A stretch of DNA of 64,000 nt, taken from positions 2,976,001-3,040,000 of the forward strand of contig CM035350.1 of the NCBI GenBank assembly GCA_020137815.1. Reading direction: 5' to 3'. A program made the translations under genes and the position numbers. This document shows, in pieces, positions 23,068-43,398 of this stretch. Position 1 is the first letter of the stretch. Every line of letters starts with the position of its first letter. Source of the DNA: Hormiphora californensis. Lineage: Eukaryota > Animalia > Ctenophora. The notes below the pieces were generated by a model, which ran no database searches, was not told where the DNA came from, and saw nothing but the letters and a program-made list of their open reading frames with translations.

Positions 23068-24146
23068 TTTTGAGAAAGACAGTTGAGCCAGTCCAAGTGG
23101 GCTGGGGGAGAAAGACAGTGTTTTTAGGGGCATTTTGTACAGTGTTTATTCAGTTTGTACGTAGCAGTATTGTAGTTTGTTAGTGTTACTGTTTACTACC
23201 ATAACATTCGGACCCCGATTTAGCGGCAACCCGATTTAACTGACAAAATTCTTTCCCCCAAGAGTGCCTGTTATTGTTAAATCGGGGTCCGACTGTACAT
23301 ACTTTCAGTGTATCCCACGCTTCCCACTACTACTAGCACTGTTTTTTACTTATGTGTTAAATTTAATATTAATCAATATTCATATAAATATTCTTTGACT
23401 TTCAGATTGTCTTGTATTGTTTTGCTTTTACTTTTAGTTTTTACCAGACGTTTTGAAATGTAGATGCTTGTTTTAATGAGATTGAGAGACTTGAAAAAAA
23501 TGGTGGAAATTATTTCAAGAATTCAAGCCTCGGTCCTGCAAAATACCGTGATCGGAAAGATCTCAAAGTCCTTAGTCCTCTTTCCAATGAACCCAAGATT
23601 TTGCAAATTGGTCAAGAAATGGCTGAGTTATGGCCAAAAACGTCTACAACTCTCAGGAGACGGGTCAACCTTTACCGCTTACCTTGGCTGCGAAAAATCG
23701 CGCGCGAAAAAAGAGGGCGCGACGTGCCCAACCGCTTACCGAGATCGGATCACTGATTCAGATATTATCGGAGATAACGAGACGCGTGTAAACATGTTAT
23801 GTTAAATTGCCTGGCTAGACTGTGTTTCGGGCGCCCCGCACCCGAAACACCTACCTTTAAAAAAAATGTAAAGGGAGGGTTAGAACATAACAAAAGTTAA
23901 ATACTCAGTGGCGAAGATTTTAAAACTACGATGCAAATTTCTTTGCGCGCGCTGCTCGAACCTAGGTAAACTTGCGCGCAAGATTTTGAAACGTTTTAAA
24001 TTAAATTTAAAAGTTGGTTGCTGGGAAAACGTTTGAAAAGCGCTGCCTTATCCCGCGCGCGTGGCCAGCAACGTTTGCCAAGGAAAACGTTAAAATGTGG
24101 GTGTTTCGAGTGTCAGCACTCACGGTTTTAAGGGTTAGGGCTACAG

Positions 24147-24372
24147 TAAAGTCGGATTTTTTGAAACTGTCACCCCCCTGGGTATTTTCAAATTTCGTAA
24201 ATGACCATAAATCCGGTTCCTGACGAGATAGAGACTTGAAATTTGGAGGTTACGAAGATCTTGCTAAGTTCTTCCGAACCTCCAAATTTCAAGTCTCTAT
24301 CTTATCAGGAACCGGAGATATGGCAAATTTTGTTATTTCAGGGGGGTGACAGTTTCAAAAAATCCGACTTTA
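24147..24372. mobile_element. MITE family TAAAGTCGGATTTTTTGAA (other copies 28634-28788, 29078-29303, 42424-42578, 42761-42915)
   Basis: About 30-bp TIRs, five copies in two size classes. Confidence 0.85.
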
Positions 24373-24929
24373 GGGCTATGAGCATACTCGGAAATGTTCA
24401 GGTAGTGCACAGGTCGAGAACACAGGTAGTGCACAGTCACGCGCAAATCAAAATCAGGTAAGTCACATTGGTGAGCCGCGCGAGTTTGAAAAATAGATTA
24501 AAATCTCTGGAATCTGTTCATTTCATCGCGGGCGCGATTATAATCTGGGTGCCTTGCAGCGTGTTTACAGGTGCGCGCTGCCAAAAAAGTACACCTAAAA
24601 CCACTTAGACCGACTTTTTTCAAACGGCTATAGCCACGCAACCACATGGCCAATTTGAGTAAACTAAACGGTAACTGATAGAGAATCGATAGCCCTAACC
24701 GATAACCCCATACCAAACCCTAACCCGACCCTAACAACAGCCCTAACCCGTCGCGCGCGCTAAAATCGATGAATTGTTAGCAATGCAAGGCACCCAGATT
24801 TTAACGTTTTCCTTTCATCGCAGACCTTCTCCACGACTGTGTCCAGACCTTGTGCTGACCTTGTGCTCGACCTCGTGCTCGACCTCGTGCTTGATCTCGT
24901 GCTTGACCAATGACCTCTCTCTGTCTCTC

Positions 24930-24991
<62 letters not shown>

Positions 24992-25522
24992 TCCCTCCCT
25001 CTCTATCTTTTGTATGTCCCTGACCTCTGTTAGGCCGGTTGTCGAATGGGTTGGGTTGAGGTTTACCATATTAAATGTACCAGAACGCCCTATACCAAGT
25101 TAGGACCTAACATTTACCGCTTACCGATGTGAAAGCCACCCTTTCCATTTAGGATGTTTGTAAAAATGAAAAAAAAAACAGGATAAATTAGTAAAACTAC
25201 AATCCCAGAAGCAGTTGGAGGTGTTTACTATCATGATGGAGGAGCTTGAGGATATTCACTAAAATTATAGCTTTGACTTTACTCATAACTCCAGGTAAGG
25301 TCCGCCGGCTACCTCCCCCTGGCCCCTCCCCTACTCCTGGACAGTGGACGTCATCTTTGAATCACCCATTGATGTCTAATTGGCTTTCTTTTCTTCATGA
25401 GTCCTCCCTGTGTCGAACAGCTGGGAAGCAGAGCTGTCCCAACAAGGGCGCCACCCAACTACCATTTCTTTTCTTCGCTTCAATTACGTTTATCTATCTC
25501 TAGTCATGAATGTGCGTTTTGC

Positions 25523-27575
25523 ATGGAGATGGAGAGATGGATATGAAGAGATAGAGAGATGGAGAGATGGAGATGGACTATGGAGATGGAGAGATGGAGA
25601 GATGGAGAGAGATGGAGAGATGGAGAGATGGAGAGATGGAGAGATGGAGAGATGGAGAGATGGAGAGATGGAGAGATGGAGAGATGGAGAGAGATGGAGA
25701 GAGATGGAGAGAGATGGAGAGAGATGGAGAGAGATGGAGAGAGATGGAGAGAGATGGAGAGAGATGGAGAGAGATGGAGAGAGATGGAGAGAGATGGAGA
25801 GAGATGGAGAGAGATGGAGAGAGATGGAGAGAGATGGAGAGAGATGGAGAGAGATGGAGAGAGATGGAGAGAGATGGAGAGAGATGGAGAGAGATGGAGA
25901 GAGATGGAGAGAGATGGAGAGAGATGGAGAGAGATGGAGAGAGATGGAGAGAGATGGAGAGAGATGGAGAGAGATGGAGAGAGATGGAGAGAGATGGAGA
26001 GAGATGGAGAGAGATGGAGAGAGATGGAGAGAGATGGAGAGAGATGGAGAGAGATGGAGAGAGATGGAGAGAGATGGAGAGAGATGGAGAGAGATGGAGA
26101 GAGATGGAGAGAGATGGAGAGAGATGGAGAGAGATGGAGAGAGATGGAGAGAGATGGAGAGAGATGGAGAGAGATGGAGAGAGATGGAGAGAGATGGAGA
26201 GAGATGGAGAGAGATGGAGAGAGATGGAGAGAGATGGAGAGAGATGGAGAGAGATGGAGAGAGATGGAGAGAGATGGAGAGAGATGGAGAGAGATGGAGA
26301 GAGATGGAGAGAGATGGAGAGAGATGGAGAGAGATGGAGAGAGATGGAGAGAGATGGAGAGAGATGGAGAGAGATGGAGAGAGATGGAGAGAGATGGAGA
26401 GAGATGGAGAGAGATGGAGAGAGATGGAGAGAGATGGAGAGAGATGGAGAGAGATGGAGAGAGATGGAGAGAGATGGAGAGAGATGGAGAGAGATGGAGA
26501 GAGATGGAGAGAGATGGAGAGAGATGGAGAGAGATGGAGAGAGATGGAGAGAGATGGAGAGAGATGGAGAGAGATGGAGAGAGATGGAGAGAGATGGAGA
26601 GAGATGGAGAGAGATGGAGAGAGATGGAGAGAGATGGAGAGAGATGGAGAGAGATGGAGAGAGATGGAGAGAGATGGAGAGAGATGGAGAGAGATGGAGA
26701 GAGATGGAGAGAGATGGAGAGAGATGGAGAGAGATGGAGAGAGATGGAGAGAGATGGAGAGAGATGGAGAGAGATGGAGAGAGATGGAGAGAGATGGAGA
26801 GAGATGGAGAGAGATGGAGAGAGATGGAGAGAGATGGAGAGAGATGGAGAGAGATGGAGAGAGATGGAGAGAGATGGAGAGAGATGGAGAGAGATGGAGA
26901 GAGATGGAGAGAGATGGAGAGAGATGGAGAGAGATGGAGAGAGATGGAGAGAGATGGAGAGAGATGGAGAGAGATGGAGAGAGATGGAGAGAGATGGAGA
27001 GAGATGGAGAGAGATGGAGAGAGATGGAGAGAGATGGAGAGAGATGGAGAGAGATGGAGAGAGATGGAGAGAGATGGAGAGAGATGGAGAGAGATGGAGA
27101 GAGATGGAGAGAGATGGAGAGAGATGGAGAGAGATGGAGAGAGATGGAGAGAGATGGAGAGAGATGGAGAGAGATGGAGAGAGATGGAGAGAGATGGAGA
27201 GAGATGGAGAGAGATGGAGAGAGATGGAGAGAGATGGAGAGAGATGGAGAGAGATGGAGAGAGATGGAGAGAGATGGAGAGAGATGGAGAGAGATGGAGA
27301 GAGATGGAGAGAGATGGAGAGAGATGGAGAGAGATGGAGAGAGATGGAGAGAGATGGAGAGAGATGGAGAGAGATGGAGAGAGATGGAGAGAGATGGAGA
27401 GAGATGGAGAGAGATGGAGAGAGATGGAGAGAGATGGAGAGAGATGGAGAGAGATGGAGAGAGATGGAGAGAGATGGAGAGAGATGGAGAGAGATGGAGA
27501 GAGATGGAGAGAGATGGAGAGAGATGGAGAGAGATGGAGAGAGATGGAGAGATGGAGAGATGGAGAGATGGAGAT
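25523..27575. repeat. (GAGATGGAGA)n decamer satellite, about 2 kb, with octamer variants at the edges
   Basis: Directly visible perfect array. Confidence 0.98.
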
Positions 27576-30063
27576 GATGGGTTTGGGAGGGGGATGCGGA
27601 GGGGGGAGGGGTGTGGTAGTAGTGGATGTTTGTGTGGGGTGTCTGTGTGAAGGGTGAGCATGTGTGGGTCACCATGAACTGATTTGTAATCTCTAAATTA
27701 GGCGATCTAATTTAGGCCCTACCCAGTACCCCACATCAGCGGAGAAAACCTTACTCTCGTTAATTAAGCTCTCATATTTCAAGAAACTTTTCAATAAGAA
27801 ACTTTTTTCTAGGAAACTTCAAGTGTAAGCAATCCAAAAACAAAAAGAATTTCTTCTATATCAAGAAACTAAACAAGTTGGGGGTGTTCTATTTTGTTGT
27901 GGTGTCTCTGAATTGTGTGATTTACATTTGAAAAGTTTCTTATAAAAAAGTTTATCACTAAAGCGTTTCTTAAAAATCGAGAGTAAGGTATATCTAAAAA
28001 GATGATGACAGTAGATAAATGTAGGATTTCCTAAAACCTGCTCCTAACCTCCGTACTGATATCTAATCTCTTCATTAGGCCCTACCTCTCCACGTCCCAA
28101 CAACCGATAAAAAAACTAAATAGATGTTGGATGTCCCTAAACCTGCTCCCATCCTTTGTACTGACTACTGATATATTCTCTCCTCATGCAGGGTCGAGAC
28201 AGTGATATCTATTTGTTTGGAATATGACCAGATAGTATATGGGATCGCCTCATAACAAGCACAAAGCTGACAAAAAGCCCAGGACCAGTACACGATATTT
28301 AAATTAACCCTGTGCGATAGAAATTGGTAAGTCTCGTTAAAGTCAGAGTAGACAGAAAAAGAATTGGACAAGCTTGATTGATGTAGTAGAGCTGAACTCT
28401 CCGAGTATTTTCACTTTTCCCGCTCTGAAAAGATACATTCCTCGCTCTATTATATTTGTTACCAGGGGGCTGGAACTCTATCTCGCTATGTTCTGTGGGC
28501 ACTGGGCGTGTATGCCCGAACAGTGAACCTGCCCCGCCGTGTGTATAATAGAGAGCAATTTCACAGCGAGGAATGTATCATTGTATCTTTTGAGAGCGGG
28601 AAAAATGGAAAATACTCGGAAAGTTATATGCTCTAAAGTCGGATTTTTTGAAGTTGTCACCCCCCGTTTCGTGCGCGGAATGCTTTTGCGCGTCACATCA
28701 CATGTTAACGTGTGGTGTGCGCGTCAAAATTGATAAATTTCACATGCGCGGTCATTTTGGGGTGACAACTTCAAAAAATCCGACTTTACTACCTCAATCA
28801 AGCTTCTCCAATTCTGCTTCTGTCCACTCTCACTTCAATGCGTACGTCAGTATTCCCCACTGACCGGCTTCCTTCATTCATAGCTGTGACATGCATAACT
28901 AGAACTGTGACGTGTGTATGTGTGTGTGTGTTTATAACTGTGTCAATACATTAATTGTCACTGAAAAGATAGTAATGTTGTTACTGTCCAAGTTACACGG
29001 TCGCTTGTAGTGGGAAAACGGTAATGGAAAATGAAAGATACAGTAAGACGACGCGCAACCGTGACCAATCAGGGCGCTAAAGTCGGATTTTTTGAAACTG
29101 TCACCCCCATGGGTATTTTCAAATTTCGTAAATGACCATAAATCCGGTTCCTGACGAGATAGAGACTTGAAATTAGGAGGTTACGAAGATCTTGCTAAGT
29201 TCTTCCGAACCTCCAAATTTCAAGTCTCTATCTTATCAGGAACCGGAGATATGGCAAATTTTGTTATTTCAGGGGGGTGACAGTTTCAAAAAATCCGACT
29301 TTAGTACGTGCTGACACATGAACTTTTTGCTGCACGTTATGCACCGTGCGCGGCTCCTTACTGTATTTTCATTACGGTAATTTGACTACAAGCAGCACTG
29401 TTATCTAGCTTATTCGGGTTTATAAATAAAAATATCAATATCCCCTATAACAAATGAAATTTTCATTTGTTATTGGGGATATTTCTTTGAAAAGGGAGCA
29501 AGTGTACGGGTGTGGTTGTACCATAGTTTTGTGTTAGGACTATCCACTATAACTGTGTTACTGTTATTGTAAACTTAAATTGTAAATTGTTTTTTCCATT
29601 TCAGTAACTGAAGGAGCTGCTAGTGCAAAACTATATGTGGAGGACTACAAAATATATAAATAGAGAACTACAAGTGCAAGTGCAGTACAGTGCAAGGGGA
29701 TCGCTAGTGTCTAATGAAGCCGGCTTATCAATTATTGGCGTAATGACGTGGCTGCTCTGACTTACGATGACATTGGATCTGGTATTAATAAAGATTTGAC
29801 TCTACAAAGACCATAAAAAGGCCATGGACTCTATATTCTAAAATACTCGAAGCTTATAAGAAGAGTCATACGACATACGGGCTGTGATTGTGGCTGTGAT
29901 GAGCTGTCGAGGTGAGAGGACATGTAGATTTCATGGGTGTAAAGTAACTGTGAAAGTTGTGTTTTCTCCTTTTGGTCGGGATACGAACTGAAAAGGGTTT
30001 TATTGTAGAACAACGCTACGTTCTACAATATGATATCAAAATTAAAACCCGTCGAATACTCTA

Positions 30064-31265
30064 CAGGGTGTCCCACTGTCTTTGCATCACCTGCGATTTT
30101 GGGTCATGACCGGGCTCCATTAAACTAACCAAAACTCATCGAAAAATTGGTCAAATGGTTCTAACAAAAACCAGTGTTCTAGAGAATTGTCTGGCAAACA
30201 TTTTGGTTGCAAGATTGACTTTCCAAGTCTTACCAATCGTCAGATATATCGTCGTAAAGTCAAAATTACGTGTTCATGAAATCCGACCGGGGTTCACGTT
30301 TTGAAAAATTCACAAATGCAAAGTTGCTCGGATCACATTGCATCCCTCATAAGAGTTGTAGGAAATTGTCTGGCGGTCATTTTGGTACCCGGGTTTTTAT
30401 CCTAACTCAATGTTTAGAGTGTCTTATGACTGTCAGAACTGGAATTTTCCCAAAAGTGGTCTCAGGTATCGCATTGCATTTTGCCCTGTTATGAAGCTCA
30501 CAGCTGCTTGAATAACATCTTAGTGCATGATAGGGTTGAGATAGACCACTTGCGTATCCTACACATTAACAGGGGCCTTGCCAAATCGTCATAACAACCC
30601 TGTCAAGTGTCTAGATGAAATTGAGACGATATGTGCTGATTATCATGGGATTACACACGACACCGAGCCACCTAATTAGGGGTTGTGAGCCGATACCAAC
30701 TAAGACTCAGCATAGAAAAATCTTCATGTTCCTACAGTCATAACGCAACTTAAACGTAGAGCTATGGAAAAAACCATGGTATCAAAATGAACCTTAGACG
30801 ATTCCAATGAAGCTCTTGTAAATTTCAAATCATTTTACCCATTTGTTGATGACACGTGATCCACTCAAAAATGCTGGTTGAATTTCGTCTTTAGACAGTC
30901 ATAAGACACTCTAAACATTGAGCTAGGATAAAAACCCGGGTACCAAAATGACCGCCAGACAATTTCCTACAACTCTTATGAGGGATACAATGTGATCCGA
31001 GCAACTTTGCATTTGTGAATTTTTCAAAACGTGAACCCCGGTCGGATTTCATGAACACGTAATTTTGACTTTACGACGATATATCTGACGATTGGTAAGA
31101 CTTGGAAAGTCAATCTTGCAACCAAAATGTTCGCCAGACAATTCTCTAGAACACTGGTTTTTGTTAGAACCATTTTGACCAATTTTTCGATGAGTTTTGG
31201 TTAGTTTAATGGAGCCCGGTCATGACCCAAAATCGCAGGTGATGCAAAGACAGTGGGACACCCTG
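30064..31265. mobile_element. Non-autonomous Tc1/mariner-type element with about 370-bp TIRs
   Basis: TA-CAGGGTGTCCCAC...GTGGGACACCCTG-TA. Confidence 0.85.
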
Positions 31266-32632
31266 TAGTACTCATTTCATAAAGCTGGTCAGTGGTCCAG
31301 ATCCGGCCGGAAGGAGAAAACACAGCTTCCTCGTTAATTATGCGGCTAATCAACAATTTTCTCTCAATAGCTGAGAAACTGATACTGATAGTTCCCATAA
31401 TTTATGTGAAAAATGCGGATCTGCGTGTTATATTTATAATTATCAATTGCCTGATTACCATGCTATTCATTATCATATTTTTAATTTTGTTACCTTATTT
31501 ATAAAACTAAAAGATGTTTATAATTTGACTCCCTACACTGGCGAAAAAAGGAAGATGCTACTGGTTCAAAGTTTCAAACATTGTTTGGTAATGTCATGTC
31601 ATGTTTTTGTTCATCAGCAAGCTGCCGTCTGCCCTGGTAAATTGACGCCAGGGCGCGAATGTTTGTCTGTTTGTCTGTGACTTGATGGGAGAAACGGCTG
31701 ACGCGGAGATCAACTCTGTGGGAATTTCGCGCGAGATTTCACGGCGCGCATGTCGTATGAAAGGTCGAGCACGAGGTCGAGCACAAGGTCTGACCAGTCA
31801 CGTGACCACTGCGCGTCGTTGAACCGCCGTTGAGCCGCAGCGCGAAAAAAAGTGCTGACATTGACCGGACTTTGTGCTCGACCTTGTGCTCGACCTTCAT
31901 GTGCTCGACCTGAACATTTCCGAGTATGCTCATATGGCTGGGGTTAAGGTTATGGCTTGAGATTCCCTATGAGATAAACTTTGAGTTTGTCAACACTCAA
32001 CACGGTTGTCGGCTGTCAGAGCATTGGCCTGACCCTATTCTCATTTCTCTCGCGGAGCGCGCGAGAACTGTGGTCAGAGCATTGGCCTGACAGGTTGTCG
32101 GTTGAGTGGTTTGGACTTTGGTAGTTAGAGCCCTTTTAGTTCAGGGTACTTTTTTGGTAGCGTGCACCTGTAAACAGACCTTTAAACACAAACAACAATC
32201 CATCGATTTTGTTCGTCAAGACGGGTTAGGGATACCTGTTACTTGTTAGGGTCTGATGAGTGATATGTTTGGGGTTATCGATTATCAAGATACTCAAATC
32301 AGACATTTTTTATAGCTATTGGTTATCCGCTATTGGTATTTGGTTATTAAAGCCAATAGCCATGCAAAAATGGTCTATTTGGCTATAACAGCTGTTTGAA
32401 AAAATAGTATTTTTGGTAGCAGGCAGCTAGAACTTGCTTCAAGGAACCCAGATTATAATCGTGACCGCAAATTTCCTCCTGTTTTAATAAACTTTGCCCT
32501 CTTTTGAAAAGAGAGAAAAGCAACATATTATAATGATGTCAAATCGACCAAAAATTCGCCAATAAATCCGTTGTATTATCTATTTTCTTTCCCCTAGAAC
32601 CATGGGAACCCAATGAGTGTTTAGTCGGTGTT

Positions 32633-35005
32633 ATGTGTACAGCAGGCGAGGTTTTACCAAGTCCAGAGGATGCAACCCCTGAGATACCAATCGATGAGTT
32701 CACTGCATCTGCTCTTGGGTTTGGGGACCTTATCTCACAATACCTTGATTCGGGTACCAGTGTGAACCGGCAAAACAGGGAGGGTTGGAGCATGTTGCAA
32801 TATGCCGCCTTTATTGGACACCAGGAGGTTGTTCAGCTGTTGTTGGGACGGGGTGCTGACCCGAACATTGGAGCTCCCCTAAACATGGCATCCAAGTGTG
32901 GGAATGAGTCCATTATAATCACCCTACTGAACGGCGGGGCTAGTCATGATCATGTTGATGCGGAGGGGCTGAATGCACTTCAGCAGGCAGTCAGCTGTGG
33001 CCAGGATGGGTCTGTAACCGTCCTACTGAGGCATTATAGGAAGCCCATCATGGCCTCCGATGCAAATGTGTTGCTGCATAGGGCGGTCACTCATGGAAAT
33101 GTGGCTGTGCTAAAGTAAGCTTGCTTGTGATAGATTTATCAACACGCACACAATCTCTCCCCTCTCTCCATCTCTCCCTCTCTCTTCCTCTCACTTAAAA
33201 ACAAGCTCTCCTTTTTTAGTTCTCACTGTTTTCAGAGCACTGTTGAACAGCGGCCTCACCCCAAGTCCAGCAACACGTATGACGATGATTGAGGTGGCCC
33301 ACTCGCGGGGTAACAATGAAGTGGTCCAGGCTGTGATGTCCTGTAACCCGGTAGGGGGTCTACCTCCAACGACCCATGACGATCCTTTCTCCCGGCTCCT
33401 CCAACGAGGTCCTCTGGAGATGCAGAAGTTGCTTCAGTCGAGGGTGCCTGCTAATATGAGGGCACCGGGGACCAGTCCCACCACCATGTTCCCTCCCTCG
33501 CCCATGGGTCACCCTATCGTCTCAATGGCACCAAACACCCCAACCACCGCAGCACCTGCAGCTCACCCCTCTCTAAATAGTGTAGGGGAGCTGGAATATA
33601 ACTGTGTGGTAAAGCTGTATCTGGACATGTGAAGCACCAACCTCTATATCTTATCGAGGATTGATTAAAAATTGGTGATATATATCCTCTATAATTCTAA
33701 TGGTTAAGTGGGTGTTTCAGGTGTCTGACGTTATGAAACACCTGAAGCTGGAGAAATATGCTGCGTTGTTCGAGAGGGAGGATATTGACATGTCAACATT
33801 CCTCACCCTCACGGATTCTGACTTAAAGGCAATTTCTATTGACCTCCTAGGTTGGTTTTAATTTTTATTGACCTCCTGGTATAGGGTTGTTTTTATTTAG
33901 ACGCACCTGATTCCTTCCATTCTTGATACAGGCTCAATTCTCAACTCTGATTGTCTATTGGCCCCTTTCAGGACCCCGTAAGAAGATTCTCAACTACATC
34001 AACCTGGTCCAAAGTGGGGCTGACCAGCAGAGTACTACTGAGCTGCAACTGGCCCTAATTGGAGAGCAGCAGACAGTCCGGACATTGAGAGAAAAGCTGA
34101 AGCAGGAGAGGGACAAGGAGACTGGAAATCAGCAGATGATTCAATCACTGTTCATGAGTTACCAGGGAGTTCGGGAGAAAAAGGATCGGATCTTAACATC
34201 GCTAACCAACGCTCTTTACGTTATCGAGCATATCCGTACGTAAACCTTGTCAATGTTCTAACCATAGTTTAGTGTAAAGAGGGTTGAGCAAGGCAAACAT
34301 AAAACACTGTTATACTATGATAACTTGAATGTTAACTTGAATGTTAACCATGGTCGTAATATAACACGTCCATGTGTAATATCATACTGAGTTTTTAACT
34401 CCTCCTCCCTTTCAGAGAGTGAGCTGATGTCATGTAGAGAGATACAGGAACGATTGCCCCGGTTCAACTCCACCCTAAACAGCAGCACAGATAACTCTCA
34501 GCAGCACCAGGACCAATCCTTGTTCGCACTGTCCTGGCCAGGCCGCTCACCCCACCTCCAACCACCCTCCTCCTCATCCTCCCACCATGTGGAACAGGAC
34601 CTTCTGGGGGAGCATATTGCGCTGGCAAGCGTTAACAGTGTCTTGGAGCCATCCCAGTCGCCCTTCAAAGATGATAAGATGTGGATGTCCTGTGATAACA
34701 GCTCTGATGCTAGCACTGCAGGTTAGAACACACATTTGATTTAACTATTTATTCGCGATCAATTCTACTAAATCCTAACCTCATGTCTCATATAATATAA
34801 GACTGCCCTGTTACAGTCAGTGCTCACAAAAACTCCCAATGTCTCTCTCCTAGGTGGATCAACATCAACTCTCAGTGCGAGCTTCTCCTACGATAGACTT
34901 AGGAAACACTTGGAGTGTGTTGGGGTGTACCTAGGAACACTCTTCCAGCACCTTCAAGAGAGCAAGGCTGCAGCCTCAAACATCAATACCTGTACTGGCA
35001 TGTAA
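32633..35005 (+). CDS. ANKS3: Ankyrin repeat and SAM domain protein, ANKS3-like (exons about 32633-33114, 33236-33608, 33721-33850, 33972-34235, 34416-34721, 34821-35005)
   Basis: N-terminal ankyrins (GWSMLQYAAFIGH), SAM domain (LKLEKYAALFEREDIDMSTFLTLTDSDLK...GPRKKIL) and coiled coil; phases consistent. Confidence 0.8.
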
Positions 35006-35649
35006 CAACGAACATCAATACCTGTACTGGGATGTAACAACGTACATCAATACCTGTACTGGGATGTAACAACGTACATCAATACATGTGTACTGGGTTG
35101 TAACAACGTACATGTGTACTGGGATGTAACAAGGCCACACGTTTCCAACATGATAGGTATAATATGGATCTTAGGAAAGCAACGAATGAGTACTATCTCG
35201 AAGAGTTGGAGTGTTATAGGTAGAAGGACATTAAGAACATCTGTATAGCTTTTGATTGGCGGTGGTGTCTTTTGCATAGGATTTATGTTTTTAGGCTTTT
35301 CCACAAATAAGAGTTACAATTTGTGTTCTTTTAGATTTTCCATTTTTCTATGAACTATATATTAACGGTATATTTATAACAAACAGTCTTGTTAGGCTTG
35401 TATTAACTTATTTATCTTAATCTAACGTAATATTTGATCTATAAAAACAATTGACACGTCAATATTATCTCTCTTTGACAGTATGGTAACGTATAACTCT
35501 TTTGAAATGCTTTAGTTTTGATTTTTGTAGATGTTTTTCGTACGACTTTCTAAAATTCTCGAATAAGAGTGTTTTCTTGCGAGACTCGTGACTTCGCCTC
35601 ACTTATGTTTTACATCGAGACGAACCAACATATAATATCAAAACGTCCT

Positions 35650-35787
<138 letters not shown>

Positions 35788-36213
35788 TTTTCTCTCACTC
35801 TCTTCCTACCACTCGATCTCAGATGTGCGACACGCAATGTTGCTTGCCACATGCAAGCAGTGCCTTTTTAACATGAACCGTTCTCTCTCCCTTCTTTCCT
35901 CTCTCTCCACTGTTCGGCAGCAGCAAACTATGTCCCTATCAATACACATTTATCCACTAACCACTACATGAAAATAACCAGCAACTCTTTTTGTTCTCGT
36001 CTTTCTCCATCATGTGTACATTCGAGAAGTCACTGACATGCACAAACTCGTGAAAATGCTGACTTGTATCTGAGGGATCTCTACTTACATTTATAGTGAT
36101 GACAGCAAGAAACAGCAATAATAAAACATCTCTTTTCTAGCCCAAACTATGTTAGAGTGGAGGACACCCCATTGGTCAAGGTCACTATCGGAGGGGTCTG
36201 TAGTGGAGGAGTC

Positions 36214-41915
<5,702 letters not shown>

Positions 41916-43398
41916 AGATCGGACGAAGCATGCATGAAACTGTTTTTAACGTATATGTAGTTGGACTTGCCTAGCCAGTTAGATAGATGAGAAATCATAA
42001 GCTAGAACCTCGACATCATGTTATCATAAACGTGGTCCAAAAGTCTCATTTTTTTATGGTCACCAGCCAAGTTTTGGCACCACATTTGCATTACAATTTC
42101 TATTATTACACTCACAGTATCGAAATGTACATGTTAATACGAACTTTTCTAACAATTTTAGTTTCTGTCGTTAGTTGTTTCGGAAATGGTGGACTCACTA
42201 TTCGACGTGAGCTGAGATCGACGATCTCTGACCTCTATCACTATGCAGAGTATTGGGACGCGCTAGAATCTTAAAACAAATAAAGTACACAATTGTTGTT
42301 GCTTAAAAACGCGCAAAAACAAAGACGCGCATGAAATTAATGCAATGTTTTTTTCTCGCGCGCATGACAATTTTTAGTCTAATATAAAAATAAAACGTGT
42401 CTTAAAAATGGACAGCGTTAAAATAAAGTCGGATTTTTTGAAGTTGTCACCCCAAAATGACCGCGCACGTGAAATTTATCAATTTTGACGCGCACACCAC
42501 ACGTTAACATGTGATGTGACGCGCAAAAACATTCCGCGCACGAAAAGGGGGGTGACAACTTCAAAAAATCCGACTTTATGGGTGTTTGGTGAGTTGAAAA
42601 GCGAGTGAGTGCTGACAAACGGTTTTTTAGGGTTAGGGCTAAAGTTGGGGTTAGGCCTTGACATTTCCTACTAGATAAAATTTGAATTAGCCGAAACAGT
42701 TGAGTGGTTTGGCGGTTAGAGCCATTTTAGTGAATCAACTTTTTTGGCAGCGTGCAACTGTAAAGTCGGATTTTTTGAAGTTGTCACCCCCCTTTTCGTG
42801 CGCGGAATGTTTTTGCGCGTCACATCACATGTTAACGTGTGGTGTGCGCGTCAAAATTGATAAATTTCACATGCGCGGTCATTTTGGGGTGACAGTTTCA
42901 AAAAATCCGACTTTATCCTGTCCTATATTTTACCACCCTGTCCTATCCTCCACCATCGAGCACCCTGTCCTATCCTTCATCATCCTGTGATGTTTTCTCT
43001 CTCGCTTTCTAATCAGCAATTAATATAGTGGTGGTGGTGGTGGTACAGATAGGTTATAGCGTGCCAAACTCTGCCCGTTAGGGCAGAACGACATTGCAAC
43101 CTCGTCATAGCGTCTGTCATCGTGTTGTGGTCAGTTAATATCATGGCATTCTTAATGTCAGTCAGTCATTGTACTTGCCAGACACTTACGCAGCCCCCAC
43201 GGTTAAAGGTCGGTTGCACTCTTCGCATCTCCGCCCCGTGAGGACATTTGCAGTTATCTTGCGAATAAGCAACACGACAAGTTAGGGGGCAGATTTTCAA
43301 GCTTGGGTGGCTGTGCAAGTAAGCCTGTTCGTTTGTTTGTTACGACGACGGTCCGTCGAGTGGACACTTCTCAAGCTTGGGTCTGGGGTAGTCTGTCT

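Noticed and set aside
25410-27675. Five ORFs of about 700 aa (MERDGERWRE / LSPSLSISLH repeats)
   Set aside because: Stop-free translations of the decamer satellite
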